A stretch of 64,000 nt of DNA from Spirochaetia bacterium (GCA_963666985.2 CAXXIA010000002.1:1984001-2048000); one strand, 5' to 3'; shown: positions 50,639-61,741, counted from the first letter of the stretch. A program made the numbers and translations. Notes: generated by a model not told the origin, from the sequence alone.

Positions 50639-50884
50639 TGTTACTCCGGAAAGAATTGTTATAACTAAGCAAATAATATTTATATTAACTAATAAAATTA
50701 GTCAATAATATGGCCGGTTCAATCTTTGGTGAATTAAACGCAATGCGGACCGGAGTGTGTTCTGCGATTGAATTGAATGAGAAAATATGAATTCGCGGTA
50801 AAAATCGGATATACGGTCGGCTGTTCAATTTCGTCGAAAGATGTCGGCTGTTCCAATTTCGACGTTCTTTACTTCAAGCAAAAA

Positions 50885-52420
50885 TCAGTCTTCGGAATTT
50901 CGGCTTTCGGAATGCATCGTTACGCGGTTCCGACCCTTTCTTTTGGAAACGTACATGGCTTCATCGGCCATGGACACCAGGGTTTCCAGGCTTGTTTCTT
51001 CCGTAATTTTACCTCCGGCAACGCCGAAACTGCCGGTAACGAACGAAACGGAGGAATTTTCGGAGGATGTCGCGGTTTTCAAGTCTATCCTCAGCCTTTC
51101 GGCCACTTCAAAAGCGTCCGATGCATTCGATTCGGGGAGGAATACAACGAATTCCTCCCCACCGTAGCGGCCCACAAGATCCGGACGGCGGACGCCGTTT
51201 TTTAAAATACGGGCCATGTCAACCAAAAGCCGGTCCCCGGCGGCATGTCCGAGAGTATCGTTAACCTGCTTGAAATGGTCGAGATCGAGGTAAATCACCG
51301 AGCCGAATCTGCTGTGTCGGATCAGATTGATCATTTCGGTGCTAACCGAAGCTTCCCAGCTGTGACGATTTAAAAGGCCCGTCAGCGGATCTTCTCGGGC
51401 CATGCGGGCCAGTTTTTGAACCAGCAGCTCCCGTTCGGTAACGTCGCGCGCAACGATAAGGACTCCTTCTTCAGGTCCCCGCTTTGCCGGCAGGGCGGTT
51501 CGGGAAAGTTCCCAAACTTTCTCTTTTTCGGCAACACGCATTCCGTGTTCGAGGCAATCGGTCAATGCCGGAAAAGCCGATGAGAGAGGCAGTCCTATCG
51601 GATTTGTGTTTATTTCCCCGAAAGCCCGGCGTGCGGCCGGATTGGCGTCCGCGATGCATTCGTTTGAATCCAGTACGATAACCGCATCCTTCATTGTCTC
51701 CACAAGCCAATCCCGCCCTACGGGTGTAAGGAGTAATTGATGGTTTTTCATAATGGCTACATGAAAAAACGGGGAAACGAGAAGGAGCATGATGGGATTT
51801 ATATCGATGCCTCCCATGGGAAATCCCGTGATATACAGGATATTGGGAATAATGGGCAGAAAGCATCCTATAGCCATCAGCGTCGATTGGTTTCTATGAG
51901 ATCGGGGAGCGCGAAGAAGATTCCTGGATATCAGCAGGAGGGCGGATACGAGGCAGGTTATATTATAGCCGGCCTGAATCCAGTACCAAATGGCGGGATG
52001 GTACTCGGCGATAAGCCGATGCGTGTAATGATGATACGTAACGGAGGAATAATAAAGGTTATGAAGGCCGTTGGTGAAACGCAGAAGCATAACAACCGCG
52101 GGAAGAAGGAAGGGAATAATATCCAAAACGATGGGAATACGGCGGTTGGGTTCCACGAAATATAACGTGAACATAAACAGCAGCGGGGCGACGAAAGGAA
52201 GGCCGATATATTGAATATGCGACCAAAATTCGAGCTGGGCCGTCATGGTTCCGGTTATTTCCATTCCATACCCGAAGGTGTAAACGGCGGAAGCGGCGCA
52301 TAGAAGAAAAAAACGCAGAACGGCTTTTCGGCGGACTTTTTTAAAGGTAATTATCCCCAAAATCAGGAGGTAAATGGAACCGAGAATCAAGAGTGTCGAA
52401 AACAACCGTATGGGTGTCAT
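50885..52420 (-). CDS. Diguanylate cyclase (7TM HisKA_7TM-like, PAS, GGDEF)
   Basis: DPLTGL, DLDHFK.VND..GH..GD, RRPD I-site, GGEEF. Confidence 0.93.
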   Translation of the reverse strand: MTPIRLFSTLLILGSIYLLILGIITFKKVRRKAVLRFFLLCAASAVYTFGYGMEITGTMTAQLEFWSHIQYIGLPFVAPLLFMFTLYFVEPNRRIPIVLDIIPFLLPAVVMLLRFTNGLHNLYYSSVTYHHYTHRLIAEYHPAIWYWIQAGYNITCLVSALLLISRNLLRAPRSHRNQSTLMAIGCFLPIIPNILYITGFPMGGIDINPIMLLLVSPFFHVAIMKNHQLLLTPVGRDWLVETMKDAVIVLDSNECIADANPAARRAFGEINTNPIGLPLSSAFPALTDCLEHGMRVAEKEKVWELSRTALPAKRGPEEGVLIVARDVTERELLVQKLARMAREDPLTGLLNRHSWEASVSTEMINLIRHSRFGSVIYLDLDHFKQVNDTLGHAAGDRLLVDMARILKNGVRRPDLVGRYGGEEFVVFLPESNASDAFEVAERLRIDLKTATSSENSSVSFVTGSFGVAGGKITEETSLETLVSMADEAMYVSKRKGRNRVTMHSESRNSED

Positions 52421-52682
52421 TGGCTTTTTTTAGTATTCGCCCCTTTGAAAGCGGGAAGTGTTAAGTCCACTATATCATCGGAGGGGAAACATACCATAGA
52501 TTCCTTTTTAAGTCAGTGAAAGCGAAAATCGGGAAAGCTGCTTAAAGATTGAATCAAAGTCTTTGAGAGAATTCGTTGTATATCGCCTTTGTGTATGTGA
52601 TATTGTCAAAATAGATAATAAATATTTCAGAATTCATCATTTCACGCTACCATTTTTGAATGATCGGGATTATAGTCCAGTT

Positions 52683-53873
52683 ATGAACATTCTCATTGCG
52701 GATAAGTTGTCCGAAAGTGCAGTAGACGCCCTGAAAAAACTGGGCGCGAAGATTCGGGTCGAGCCCTCGCTTGGGGCCGACGATCTTCCCAGTGCCGTCG
52801 GAGATGCCGACGTTCTGGTGGTCAGGTCGACCAAGGTTACTTCCGCCGCGATTGATGCGGGTTCCAACCTTTCGCTGATTATCCGCGCCGGGGCGGGCGT
52901 GAATACGATTGACCTAAAACATGCGTCGGAGCGGGGCATTCATGTTGCCAATTGTCCGGGAAAAAACGCCGACGCCGTAGCCGAGCTGACCATGGGACTT
53001 ATTGTCGCCGCCGACAGACGCATCGCCGATCAGACCGCCGATTTACGAGCCGGTAAATGGGACAAAAAAGGTTACGGCAAGGCTCCGGGATTAAAGGGAA
53101 GGACTTTGGGAATTCTCGGTTACGGTTCCATTGGAAAAAACGTGGCCGAACGGGCCGCGGCTTTCGGGATGCCGGTTATCGCCTGGTCCAGGAGTCTGAC
53201 TCCGGAACGCGCCGAGGAGGAGGGGATCGGATTCTGCTCCACGCCGATGGAACTTGCGGCCGCTTCCGATATCGTTTCGGTTCATCTTGCCGCCGCGTCG
53301 GAAACCGTTGGGCTGATCGATACGGAGTTTCTTGCCGCAATGAAAGACGGGGCCGTCCTGGTTAATACATCGCGCGGCGAAATCGTCGATAGAGCCGCAT
53401 TGATGAAGGCCATTGAGAATAAAGGGCTTCGAGTCGCCCTGGATGTGTATGAGGGTGAACCCGCAGCGGGTGATTCGACCTTTTCCGATACCGATCTGGC
53501 GGCGAAAATCGTGGGAACCCATCACATCGGAGCTTCCACGGAACAAGCTTCCGAGGCCATTGCCGAAGAAACGGTCCGTATCATCAAAACATATATGGAA
53601 ACGGGAAAACCGGCGAACCCCGTAAATGCGCAGGACAAAAGTCCCGCTCCCTTCGGATTGGTTATCCGGCATTTTAACCGTGTCGGCGTTTTGGCCGGTG
53701 TTTTGGTTGCTCTCAGGGAAGAGGGAATCAATATTGAGGAGATGGAAAACGCCATTTTTTCCGGCGGCAAGGCCGCCGTGTGTACCCTCAAGCTTGATGA
53801 CGAACCGGGGAAAGATCTTATTGCAAGGCTGAATGAGAATCCGGACATCATTCAGGCAACGATGACGAATTAA
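52683..53873 (+). CDS. D-3-phosphoglycerate dehydrogenase-like enzyme with C-terminal ACT domain
   Basis: RAGAGVNTID, GYGSIG, NTSRG, LDV, HIGASTE. Confidence 0.88.
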   Translation: MNILIADKLSESAVDALKKLGAKIRVEPSLGADDLPSAVGDADVLVVRSTKVTSAAIDAGSNLSLIIRAGAGVNTIDLKHASERGIHVANCPGKNADAVAELTMGLIVAADRRIADQTADLRAGKWDKKGYGKAPGLKGRTLGILGYGSIGKNVAERAAAFGMPVIAWSRSLTPERAEEEGIGFCSTPMELAAASDIVSVHLAAASETVGLIDTEFLAAMKDGAVLVNTSRGEIVDRAALMKAIENKGLRVALDVYEGEPAAGDSTFSDTDLAAKIVGTHHIGASTEQASEAIAEETVRIIKTYMETGKPANPVNAQDKSPAPFGLVIRHFNRVGVLAGVLVALREEGINIEEMENAIFSGGKAAVCTLKLDDEPGKDLIARLNENPDIIQATMTN

Positions 53874-53921
53874 CGGACATCGCATGGTCACACGGCATCT
53901 TGTCGGTCTACCATAGTGACC

Positions 53922-54485
53922 ATGAAGTCCATATGCGTTTTCTGCGGATCGAGTACGGGAAGCGATGCCGCTTTTTCCGCCGCGGCGAAAAGTCTCGGCG
54001 GACTCATTGCTTCCCGCGGTTTTTCATTGGTTTACGGCGGAAGCAACATCGGTTTGATGGGACTTGTCTCGGCCGCCGCGCGTGATGCGGGTGGAGATGT
54101 CACAGGCATTATTCCCGAAAGAATCGCCCGAAACGTGGCCATGCAGCCGGGAATCACTCTGGAAGTCGTACCGGACATGCACGCCCGCAAATCCCGAATG
54201 TATGAGCTTTCGGACGGGTTTATTTCCTTGCCCGGCGGTATCGGAACGCTGGAAGAAACGTTCGAAGTCTGGACCTGGAACCAAATCGGTTATCACGCGA
54301 AGCCTTTGGCCCTCTATAATGTTTCGGGATATTACTCCACTCTGTGCGACTTTCTTAACCACAGCGCCGCATCGGGCTTTATTCGTCCGAAGCAGCATAA
54401 AGCCTTGATCGTCGAGACAAACCCGGAAGTGCTTCTCGACAGCATGGAAAGCTGGTTGCCCGATTATGGTGCGAAATGGGATTGA
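53922..54485 (+). CDS. LOG-family nucleoside monophosphate phosphoribohydrolase
   Basis: VFCGS, YGG..GLMG, MHARK, PGGIGTLEE. Confidence 0.93.
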   Translation: MKSICVFCGSSTGSDAAFSAAAKSLGGLIASRGFSLVYGGSNIGLMGLVSAAARDAGGDVTGIIPERIARNVAMQPGITLEVVPDMHARKSRMYELSDGFISLPGGIGTLEETFEVWTWNQIGYHAKPLALYNVSGYYSTLCDFLNHSAASGFIRPKQHKALIVETNPEVLLDSMESWLPDYGAKWD

Positions 54486-54540
54486 TTCCCGCCGGCGTTT
54501 GAACGTTCTGCCGTGCCCCGTTTAGCCGCGTCTCGTCCGA

Positions 54541-55839
54541 TTAGGAATAGAACTTCTTGTAGTCGCCCCGCGTAATAATTCCCAACAGCTTTGTCCCGTT
54601 CAGCACCGGAAGATGCCCTATGTTATGACCGAGCATGTTGCGTTCCACCTCACGGATTGTATCGCTCGGAGCGCAGGAAACGAATCTCTTCGCCATATAG
54701 GCGCTGACGGGCGCGTGCATCGCTTCGGCCTTTCTGGCTTTGCTGACGTCTTTCAGAGAAAACACACCAACGACGTTGCCTTCGGCATCCAAAACGGGAG
54801 CGCCGGAAAAACCTGTTTCTTCGAACAGCATGGAAGCATCCAGAATTTTCATATTCGGTGATAAAGATGTAACATTTCTCGACATCAAATTCTCTGCGGT
54901 TAAGGCATCCACGGGAACCGTTTCAAGGCGCTGCAGCAGCATGTCCCAAACATCGAGATCTTCTTTTATCAGAGCCGAAGCGGCCGCGATATGACCGTGT
55001 CCGCCGAATTCGGCCAAGACATCCAGCAGATTGAACCGTTCTTTTCGGCTCCGGCCGATAAGAAGATGGTGATTTTTACTTTTAATATCCACAAGGACGA
55101 TCAGAACATCCACCGGTTCGGCGGCAAAGACCCGATCCACCACTTCCGCAATTCCGGAAATTTGTTCTTCCAGTACAACTCGGGAGAGTCCCACCTCATG
55201 ACCCCGGAAACGGCGCCATGACAAATTTCCCAGAATGCGATGGAAAAGGTCCGCTTGAAAGGGCTCCCTGAGAGGGCGGAGGAGCCGGCGAACCATATTC
55301 AGAGAAGCTCCCTGGTTTTTTAGCCAAACCGCAGCTTCGAAGTCTCTTATCGTCGTTGAATTGTGAGTGAAATTTCCCGTATCCGCATAAATCCCTGCAA
55401 GAGCGATTGTCGCGACATCAGGAGGAACGGAGATATCGGCTTCCCGGCAGAGAAGGGCCATATGGGAGGCTTGAGCTCCCTCGGACGCCGAGATAAGCCG
55501 TGCGCCGGGAATGTCCGCGTCTTCGTTGACATGATGATCGTAGATAACCGTTTCCAAGGGAACGTCGCCGAGCGCTTCAAGAACTTCGCGGATTCGTCCC
55601 TTGGATCTGGTATCCACCACGATAAGGCTTTTCGGTTTTACACCTTTAATATCCTTAATGATCAGCAAAGGGATATCGTATTGATAAACCGTCAAGGCTT
55701 CCTGTACGGCAGGCTGTGTAAGACGGCTTCGTACCGGAACATGATCGGGATGCAGAGCGGCGGCCAGGACCATGGAACCCAAGCAGTCCAGATCCATATT
55801 CGCATGCCCGACAATCAAGCGGTCGACCGGATGACTCAT
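54541..55839 (-). CDS. DHH phosphoesterase with C-terminal CBS pair
   Basis: H.N.D.D, VVDT, DHH, DTGNF, GGHGH..AASA; two CBS repeats. Confidence 0.88.
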   Translation of the reverse strand: MSHPVDRLIVGHANMDLDCLGSMVLAAALHPDHVPVRSRLTQPAVQEALTVYQYDIPLLIIKDIKGVKPKSLIVVDTRSKGRIREVLEALGDVPLETVIYDHHVNEDADIPGARLISASEGAQASHMALLCREADISVPPDVATIALAGIYADTGNFTHNSTTIRDFEAAVWLKNQGASLNMVRRLLRPLREPFQADLFHRILGNLSWRRFRGHEVGLSRVVLEEQISGIAEVVDRVFAAEPVDVLIVLVDIKSKNHHLLIGRSRKERFNLLDVLAEFGGHGHIAAASALIKEDLDVWDMLLQRLETVPVDALTAENLMSRNVTSLSPNMKILDASMLFEETGFSGAPVLDAEGNVVGVFSLKDVSKARKAEAMHAPVSAYMAKRFVSCAPSDTIREVERNMLGHNIGHLPVLNGTKLLGIITRGDYKKFYS

Positions 55840-55963
55840 AAATGAAGTCTAGGGCCTGAACTTTAAAACGTACAAGTAAAATATTTATCCTGTGATCGCC
55901 AATCAAAATATATCGGCGGTTTTCATCTCTTCTTGCTCGGCGCCGGTGTGGTAGGATTCCCGA

Positions 55964-57199
55964 ATGCAATATCGGACAATGCCCGGCGGAGGCCGCCGGT
56001 TATCCGCCTTGGGTTTCGGCATCATGAGACTGCCCACCCGTGCCGGCATCATCGATGTTAAACGAAGCGACGCGATGCTTACACGCGCCCTGGATGCCGG
56101 CGTGAATTATCTCGACACCGCCTATCCCTACATGAAAGGTCAATCGGAACCCTATATAGGGCGTTTCCTTCACGAATCGGGACGAAGAAACGACGCGGCG
56201 GTGGCTACGAAGCTCCCGCATTGGCTCACCAATACGCGCCCTCAGATGGAGAAAATGCTGGAGACTCAGCTTAAAAGACTGCGAACGGACCGCATCGATT
56301 ACTACCTCATACATAACCTCGTCGGCGGAACTTGGGAGGATTTAATGCGGCGGGATGTTCTCGGATTTCTTGAAAGCGCGAAGAAATCGGGGAAAATCTT
56401 GAACGCGGGCTTTTCCTGGCATGGAACCGCGGAAAGTTTTCCCTCCGTGGTCGACTCCTGGAATTGGGATTTCTGCCAGATTCAATACAATATTCTCGAC
56501 GAACGGCGGCAAGCCGGAACCGCCGGGTTGGAATACGCCGCCTCAAAGGGATTGGGTCTTGTTGTTATGGAACCTCTTCGCGGCGGGAAGCTGGCCTCTA
56601 AAATCCCAACGGAGGCGGCCGAAGCGTGGAAGGCGCTTCCGCGGCGCAGTCCCGCCGAATGGTGCCTTTCCTGGGTCTGGAACCGCCCGGAAGTGACCGT
56701 TGTTCTTTCCGGTTTTTCCGATGAGGATCATTTGGACGCCACTCTGGCCCTCGCCGGCCAAGCGCTTCCCGAAACGCTCACCCGAAAGGAAACGGAAGTT
56801 ATCGCCGCTGTCCGGGACGCCTACGGAAAGGCGGGCGCGGTGGACTGCACGGGCTGCCGCTACTGCATGCCGTGTCCCTTCGGTGTTTCCATTCCGGATG
56901 TCTTCGACTGGTACAACGAATGGAAAACCGTGCGGCACGATCTGACGCAGCGTTTGTTCTATCTGACTACCGTGGGAGGCCTACTGTCCGGAAAAAGCGG
57001 TCTGGCATCACGCTGCACCTCCTGCGGCGCCTGTCTTGCAAAATGTCCGCAGTCTCTTCCCATTCCGGAACTCCTTAACGGCATTACCCGCGAATACGAA
57101 GGCCTTCTCGGACGCCTGACCGAATCGGGCGGTAAGATCCTCCGCGCGTTCCGGCGCATTTGGAAAAGACTTTTTCAAGGAACGGAAAGAGCAAAATGA
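55964..57199 (+). CDS. Aldo/keto reductase with C-terminal 4Fe-4S domain
   Basis: LGFGIMRLP, DTAYPY, ATK, MEPLRGG, CTGCRYCMPCP, CTSCGAC..KCP. Confidence 0.92.
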   Translation: MQYRTMPGGGRRLSALGFGIMRLPTRAGIIDVKRSDAMLTRALDAGVNYLDTAYPYMKGQSEPYIGRFLHESGRRNDAAVATKLPHWLTNTRPQMEKMLETQLKRLRTDRIDYYLIHNLVGGTWEDLMRRDVLGFLESAKKSGKILNAGFSWHGTAESFPSVVDSWNWDFCQIQYNILDERRQAGTAGLEYAASKGLGLVVMEPLRGGKLASKIPTEAAEAWKALPRRSPAEWCLSWVWNRPEVTVVLSGFSDEDHLDATLALAGQALPETLTRKETEVIAAVRDAYGKAGAVDCTGCRYCMPCPFGVSIPDVFDWYNEWKTVRHDLTQRLFYLTTVGGLLSGKSGLASRCTSCGACLAKCPQSLPIPELLNGITREYEGLLGRLTESGGKILRAFRRIWKRLFQGTERAK

Positions 57200-57424
57200 C
57201 GGATTGAAAATTTAATCAAAAGCCGTTGGATCATTTTGAGTCCCGCCGAATGCCGTTTGGGCACTTAAGCGCATTAAATATTTAATCCCACACACAGTTC
57301 CGCACCTGTATACTTATCATCCGGCTGAAGCCGCGAATAAGCCGCAAAGAGACCGGCAAACAGGCTGCAAAAACCGTGAACGGACCGCTGAAAAGTCGCG
57401 AAAGAGCGGCAAAGGAGCCGAAAA

Positions 57425-58219
57425 TTGGAAACCAAACGGATCAGAGATTGCGATATAGCCTATGAATTGAAAGGAGAAGGCGGAACTCCCGTTCTTTTCC
57501 TGAACGGCATCGCCATGACCATAGGACACTGGGGCGCCCTTGGCGGCATCCTGGAACCCAATCACCAATGCCTGTACCATGATTTTCGCGGCCAGCTGAT
57601 GAGCGGGAAGCCCGAGGACGGCTATTCTCTGGAAAGCCACGCGGATGATGTCAAAGAACTGATGAACGTCCTCGGCATCGAAAAGGCCCACATCGTGGGA
57701 ACCTCCTACGGCTCCGAAATCGCCATGATCTTCGTAATGGCCTACCCCGAGTCCTGCCTCAGCCTTACCGTCATCGACGGCGTAAGCGAACTCGACGCCG
57801 TTCTGGAAACCGCCGTTGATTCCTGGAAACTGACCGCCCTTGCCGACCCCGTTCTTTTTTACCGAACCATCCTTCCCTGGAATTATTCACCGAGCTACAT
57901 CGAGGCAAATCGTGAAGGATTTCGCAGCCGCGAAGAAGTGATGAAAAAACTTCCCCGGGAATACTATGAAGCCTTTTCCCGACTCTGCGACGCCTTTTTG
58001 GCCATCAACCTTACGCCGAAACTCGGCCTTATCTCCTGCCCGACACTCGTTATCGTCGCCGAACGGGACATTCTCAAACACCGCCTGTTCGCCGAGATTA
58101 TCACACGCGGTATTCCCGGAGCCGAACTGCGCATCGTGCCCGGCGCCGGCCATGCCGTGGTGATCGAACGCCCCGCCGAATTAGGCGAAATGATTCGCGA
58201 CTGGATAGGAAATTTATAG
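57425..58219 (+). CDS. Alpha/beta hydrolase
   Basis: DFRG, GTSYG nucleophile elbow, AGH. Confidence 0.88.
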   Translation: METKRIRDCDIAYELKGEGGTPVLFLNGIAMTIGHWGALGGILEPNHQCLYHDFRGQLMSGKPEDGYSLESHADDVKELMNVLGIEKAHIVGTSYGSEIAMIFVMAYPESCLSLTVIDGVSELDAVLETAVDSWKLTALADPVLFYRTILPWNYSPSYIEANREGFRSREEVMKKLPREYYEAFSRLCDAFLAINLTPKLGLISCPTLVIVAERDILKHRLFAEIITRGIPGAELRIVPGAGHAVVIERPAELGEMIRDWIGNL

Positions 58220-58410
58220 GGATTTAATCCCCGCGGGTTCGCCGTGCCCCTTCCTTCTTTTGTATCCGTTGGCCACATGACCCCCGAAGCCCGGCCTTCA
58301 CCGCCCTTCCCGTACGCATCAGACCGCCCCCGCCGAAACCGGCGGCCTGCTGTTCAACCGCGAAAATCCGTTTATTCGGCCGGAACCGCCGCATCGGGCG
58401 TTCATCAGAC

Positions 58411-58440
58411 TTGCCTAATCACCCGGCCGTCGTGTATATT
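58411..58440 (+). promoter_or_regulatory. Probable tRNA promoter
   Basis: TTGCCT-18-TATATT just upstream of the tRNA. Confidence 0.5.
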
Positions 58441-58452
58441 TCACACCGCATC

Positions 58453-58527
<75 letters not shown>

Positions 58528-58629
58528 GTATTTGCTTGCAATGCAAGTGTTTATTGCTTCTTGAAGAACCGGCGGTTCTCCTGAATATCTACTGTTACGT
58601 CGATTGTTACGTTGAACAGGAGATGGAGA

Positions 58630-59778
58630 ATGAGCCGGTTTCTTTTTTATCACACGTTTCGAAGGAAGAATTTAAAAGGGAAATTTTTTTACTACATTCG
58701 GTTTATCGACTCTGATACAGGCAAAACCGTTAAAACACTATCATCAGGACTCACCAATAAGACACAGGCAATCAGGTGGGCTGAATCGAAACTCAAGGAA
58801 GTTCAGAATGAATTAAACATGGTTACTGATATACCTTTACTCTCTGAGTATGGATCAAACTACTTTTCTATGAACGGTCCATATGAAACCAAGAAAACTC
58901 AGAGAGGTTATTCGGTCGCAAAGGTTTATCTCTACACATGCTCCTGCTATACGCGAAATCATATCATTCCAATCTGGGGGATGTTTCGACTCAATAAGTT
59001 AACGACAGAAATCATCGATCAGAAGCTACTCGAAATCTTTCGATCTGGACGAGTCGCCAGTGATACCGTAAATCGTATTCTAAGAGTTCTCAGGCTTATT
59101 CTCGATGGTGCGGTATCGGATGGATATCTTAACGAAAATCCAGCCGTGAGAGTCAAACAGGTTAAAGTAACCAAGAAAGAACGAGGGGTCTTTACGCAAG
59201 GAGAACTTGTTTATCTCTTCTCTGATCCGCTTATCTGGACAGATATTAGGCATTATACGTTGAATCTCTTAGCGTTTACTTCAGGAATGAGACTCGGTGA
59301 AATCCGTGGTCTGTGCATTGAGAACGTCCATAGTGACTATATTTCGGTTCGTCAGCAGTGGGAGAATGGATACGGACTGAAGCCGCCAAAGGCTAACAGT
59401 ATTCGAGATATAGCAATTCCTCGAATTACATCCGAAGCTCTCCATTACCTAATCAGCTTAACTCGCCCGAGTAGGATTGTATTTTACTCATCTGAAGATG
59501 ATCGAAAACCAATGACAGCAAGCCATATAGTGAAATCATTGTATGAAGCGCTTCAAGGAATAGGTATTACTGAAGATGAACGCAGGAGAAGAAATCTAGT
59601 GTTTCACTCGTGGCGGCATACTCTGAATACAGTTCTTAGGGCGGAGGGTGTTGCTGATGCGAAGATAAGGCAGATTACAGGGCACAGGACAGAAGAGATG
59701 ACAGCTAATTATACTCATTTTCAGGCAGAAGACTTTAAAGATATTAGTGCGTTAACCAGTCGTATTCTCATACCTTAG
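58630..59778 (+). CDS. Tyrosine recombinase/integrase
   Basis: SGMRLGEI, LKPPK, FHSWRH, ITGH..Y catalytic residues. Confidence 0.95.
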   Translation: MSRFLFYHTFRRKNLKGKFFYYIRFIDSDTGKTVKTLSSGLTNKTQAIRWAESKLKEVQNELNMVTDIPLLSEYGSNYFSMNGPYETKKTQRGYSVAKVYLYTCSCYTRNHIIPIWGMFRLNKLTTEIIDQKLLEIFRSGRVASDTVNRILRVLRLILDGAVSDGYLNENPAVRVKQVKVTKKERGVFTQGELVYLFSDPLIWTDIRHYTLNLLAFTSGMRLGEIRGLCIENVHSDYISVRQQWENGYGLKPPKANSIRDIAIPRITSEALHYLISLTRPSRIVFYSSEDDRKPMTASHIVKSLYEALQGIGITEDERRRRNLVFHSWRHTLNTVLRAEGVADAKIRQITGHRTEEMTANYTHFQAEDFKDISALTSRILIP

Positions 59779-59982
59779 TATCTGTAAAAAACATAAAAAA
59801 CATAAAAACCAATCTCACTTGGAAATATATAAAAACTACTTAATATGCAGTATATATTACATAAACTATATCAATTAGTATTTTTTTAGTTTGATGAAGA
59901 GAAGGGGCATTAGGGGTAGAAAATAGAGACAAGAAATAAAACCTAAGAATTATTAATTTCTAGATTTTTTGGAAAAGTTTAT

Positions 59983-61713
59983 AAAAGGGGCTGTCTCATA
60001 AGAGGCGGCCCTTTTTCATGTCTGGAAGAATTCCCTTCTGAATTCAAGGGTGGTAGAATTCTTCATGGACACTAAAAAGAAGGCTACATTCAAAGATTAC
60101 GAAATCAGCCAACAGATGCTCCTGCCTCCAAGTCTCGATGAACTGCTTCCCGCAAACCATATATCCCGCACAATCAACAACTTCATCGACACGATGGATA
60201 CCAGTGAGCTCTTCAACGCCTATCCGGGAGGCGGTGCCAGCAGCTACCACCCAGTGATGATGCTGAAGGTTCTGGTGTTGGCCTACTCGAAACAGCTGTA
60301 TTCCTGTCGTCAAATCGCAGACGCTCTTCGTGAGCAGATATGCTTCATGTGGATCAGTGGTAATAACCGTCCTGATTTCCACACGATAAACAGATTTCGT
60401 AACGGTCCATTGAAGAAGAGCATCGAGAAAATCTTTGCCTCAATGGCCAACAGCCTCATCGAGAGCGGACATGTCCAGATGGAGAACTACTTTCTCGACG
60501 GCACAAAAATCGAATCAGCAGCTAACAAATACACATGGGTATGGGGCCGGGCGACAGACAAGTTCCAGAAGCGCCTGGCCGGCAATATGGATGAGCTTTT
60601 CGAATACATCGACCGCATCAATGAAGAAGAGGATGAGAAGTACGGCGACCATGACCTTCCCCATGTGGATCCTCAAGGCAGGCCGATGTCGGAGATTCTC
60701 GAAGATGCGGTATCCAAGCTCAATGAAGAGCTGCGCAAGGATCGGGAGGAGCGAGAAAAGAAGGAGATTCAACGGAGATTGAATACCGCTAGCAAGGACT
60801 ATCTCCCTCGTGCCAAAAAGTATGAGCAGCAGAAGAGAATCCTCGGCGACCGAAATAGTTACTCGAAAACAGACTATGATGCGACTTTCATGCGGATGAA
60901 AGAAGACTATATGAAAAATGGTCAGCTCAAGCCCGGGTACAACATCCAAATGGGTACTGAGAACCAGTTCATCCTCGGATATAGCATCCACCAGAGTCCC
61001 GGTGACTCCCTGACATTGCCGCTACATATGGAGAAACTGAAAAAGAATCTGAAACGCTATCCGAAAAGAATCATTGCTGATTCAGGATATGGTAGTGAAG
61101 AGAACTACCAGTGGTGTGAGGATCATGGTGTCGAGAAGTACATCAAGTTCAGCTACTTCCACAGGGAGCGGAAACGGAAGTTCAAGAAGCAGATTCATAT
61201 GAAAGAGAACTGGGACTATCGTGCCTCTGATGATACATACCGGTGCCCCAAGGGTCGCCGATTCAAACACGAGGAGACCAGAATCTCGAAAACAGGTTCA
61301 GGATTTCCGACCACTGAAAAAAGGTATACAGGCCCTGGATGCCAAAGGTGTTCTCTCCGAATCCGGTGCTGCAAATACGGAGGCAAAGAGCGCATCCTGA
61401 CGGTTCGTCCAAACCTGGAACGGCATAAGTCTGAAGTGCGCAAGTTGCTGACTTCAGAGGAAGGACTGAGAATGCGCTCTCTCAGGCCGATTGAAGTCGA
61501 ATCTGTATTCGGAGATATCAAGACGAATATGGGATTTCGGAGATTCCGAACCAGGGGATTGAAGATGGTCAGTACTGAATGGGGACTGTTGAGTATGGCT
61601 CATAACATGAGGAAGCTACAGAAACGATAAGGGGATGGGAGGGAACCTCCCGTCTTCGGAGGTCAACCAAATTTTAAAAGGGGCTGTCTCAAACTAATGA
61701 GACAGCCCCTTTT
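59983..61713 (+). mobile_element. IS1182-family insertion sequence
   Basis: 17-bp inverted repeat AAAAGGGGCTGTCTCAT / ATGAGACAGCCCCTTTT flanking the transposase; exact ends within the A/T runs uncertain. Confidence 0.85.
60065..61630 (+). CDS. IS1182-family transposase
   Basis: YHPVMMLK, PDFHTI, LDGTKIE, ADSGY, VESVFG. Confidence 0.93.
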   Translation: MDTKKKATFKDYEISQQMLLPPSLDELLPANHISRTINNFIDTMDTSELFNAYPGGGASSYHPVMMLKVLVLAYSKQLYSCRQIADALREQICFMWISGNNRPDFHTINRFRNGPLKKSIEKIFASMANSLIESGHVQMENYFLDGTKIESAANKYTWVWGRATDKFQKRLAGNMDELFEYIDRINEEEDEKYGDHDLPHVDPQGRPMSEILEDAVSKLNEELRKDREEREKKEIQRRLNTASKDYLPRAKKYEQQKRILGDRNSYSKTDYDATFMRMKEDYMKNGQLKPGYNIQMGTENQFILGYSIHQSPGDSLTLPLHMEKLKKNLKRYPKRIIADSGYGSEENYQWCEDHGVEKYIKFSYFHRERKRKFKKQIHMKENWDYRASDDTYRCPKGRRFKHEETRISKTGSGFPTTEKRYTGPGCQRCSLRIRCCKYGGKERILTVRPNLERHKSEVRKLLTSEEGLRMRSLRPIEVESVFGDIKTNMGFRRFRTRGLKMVSTEWGLLSMAHNMRKLQKR

Positions 61714-61741
61714 TTCTATCTAATGATTCTCTAGGAGCTTG

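Noticed and set aside
50777..51205. 142-aa plus-strand ORF
   Set aside because: Mostly antisense to the GGDEF domain; no motifs
59780..59980. AT-rich tract with AAAAACAT repeats as an island replication origin
   Set aside because: Only two short low-complexity copies; insufficient support
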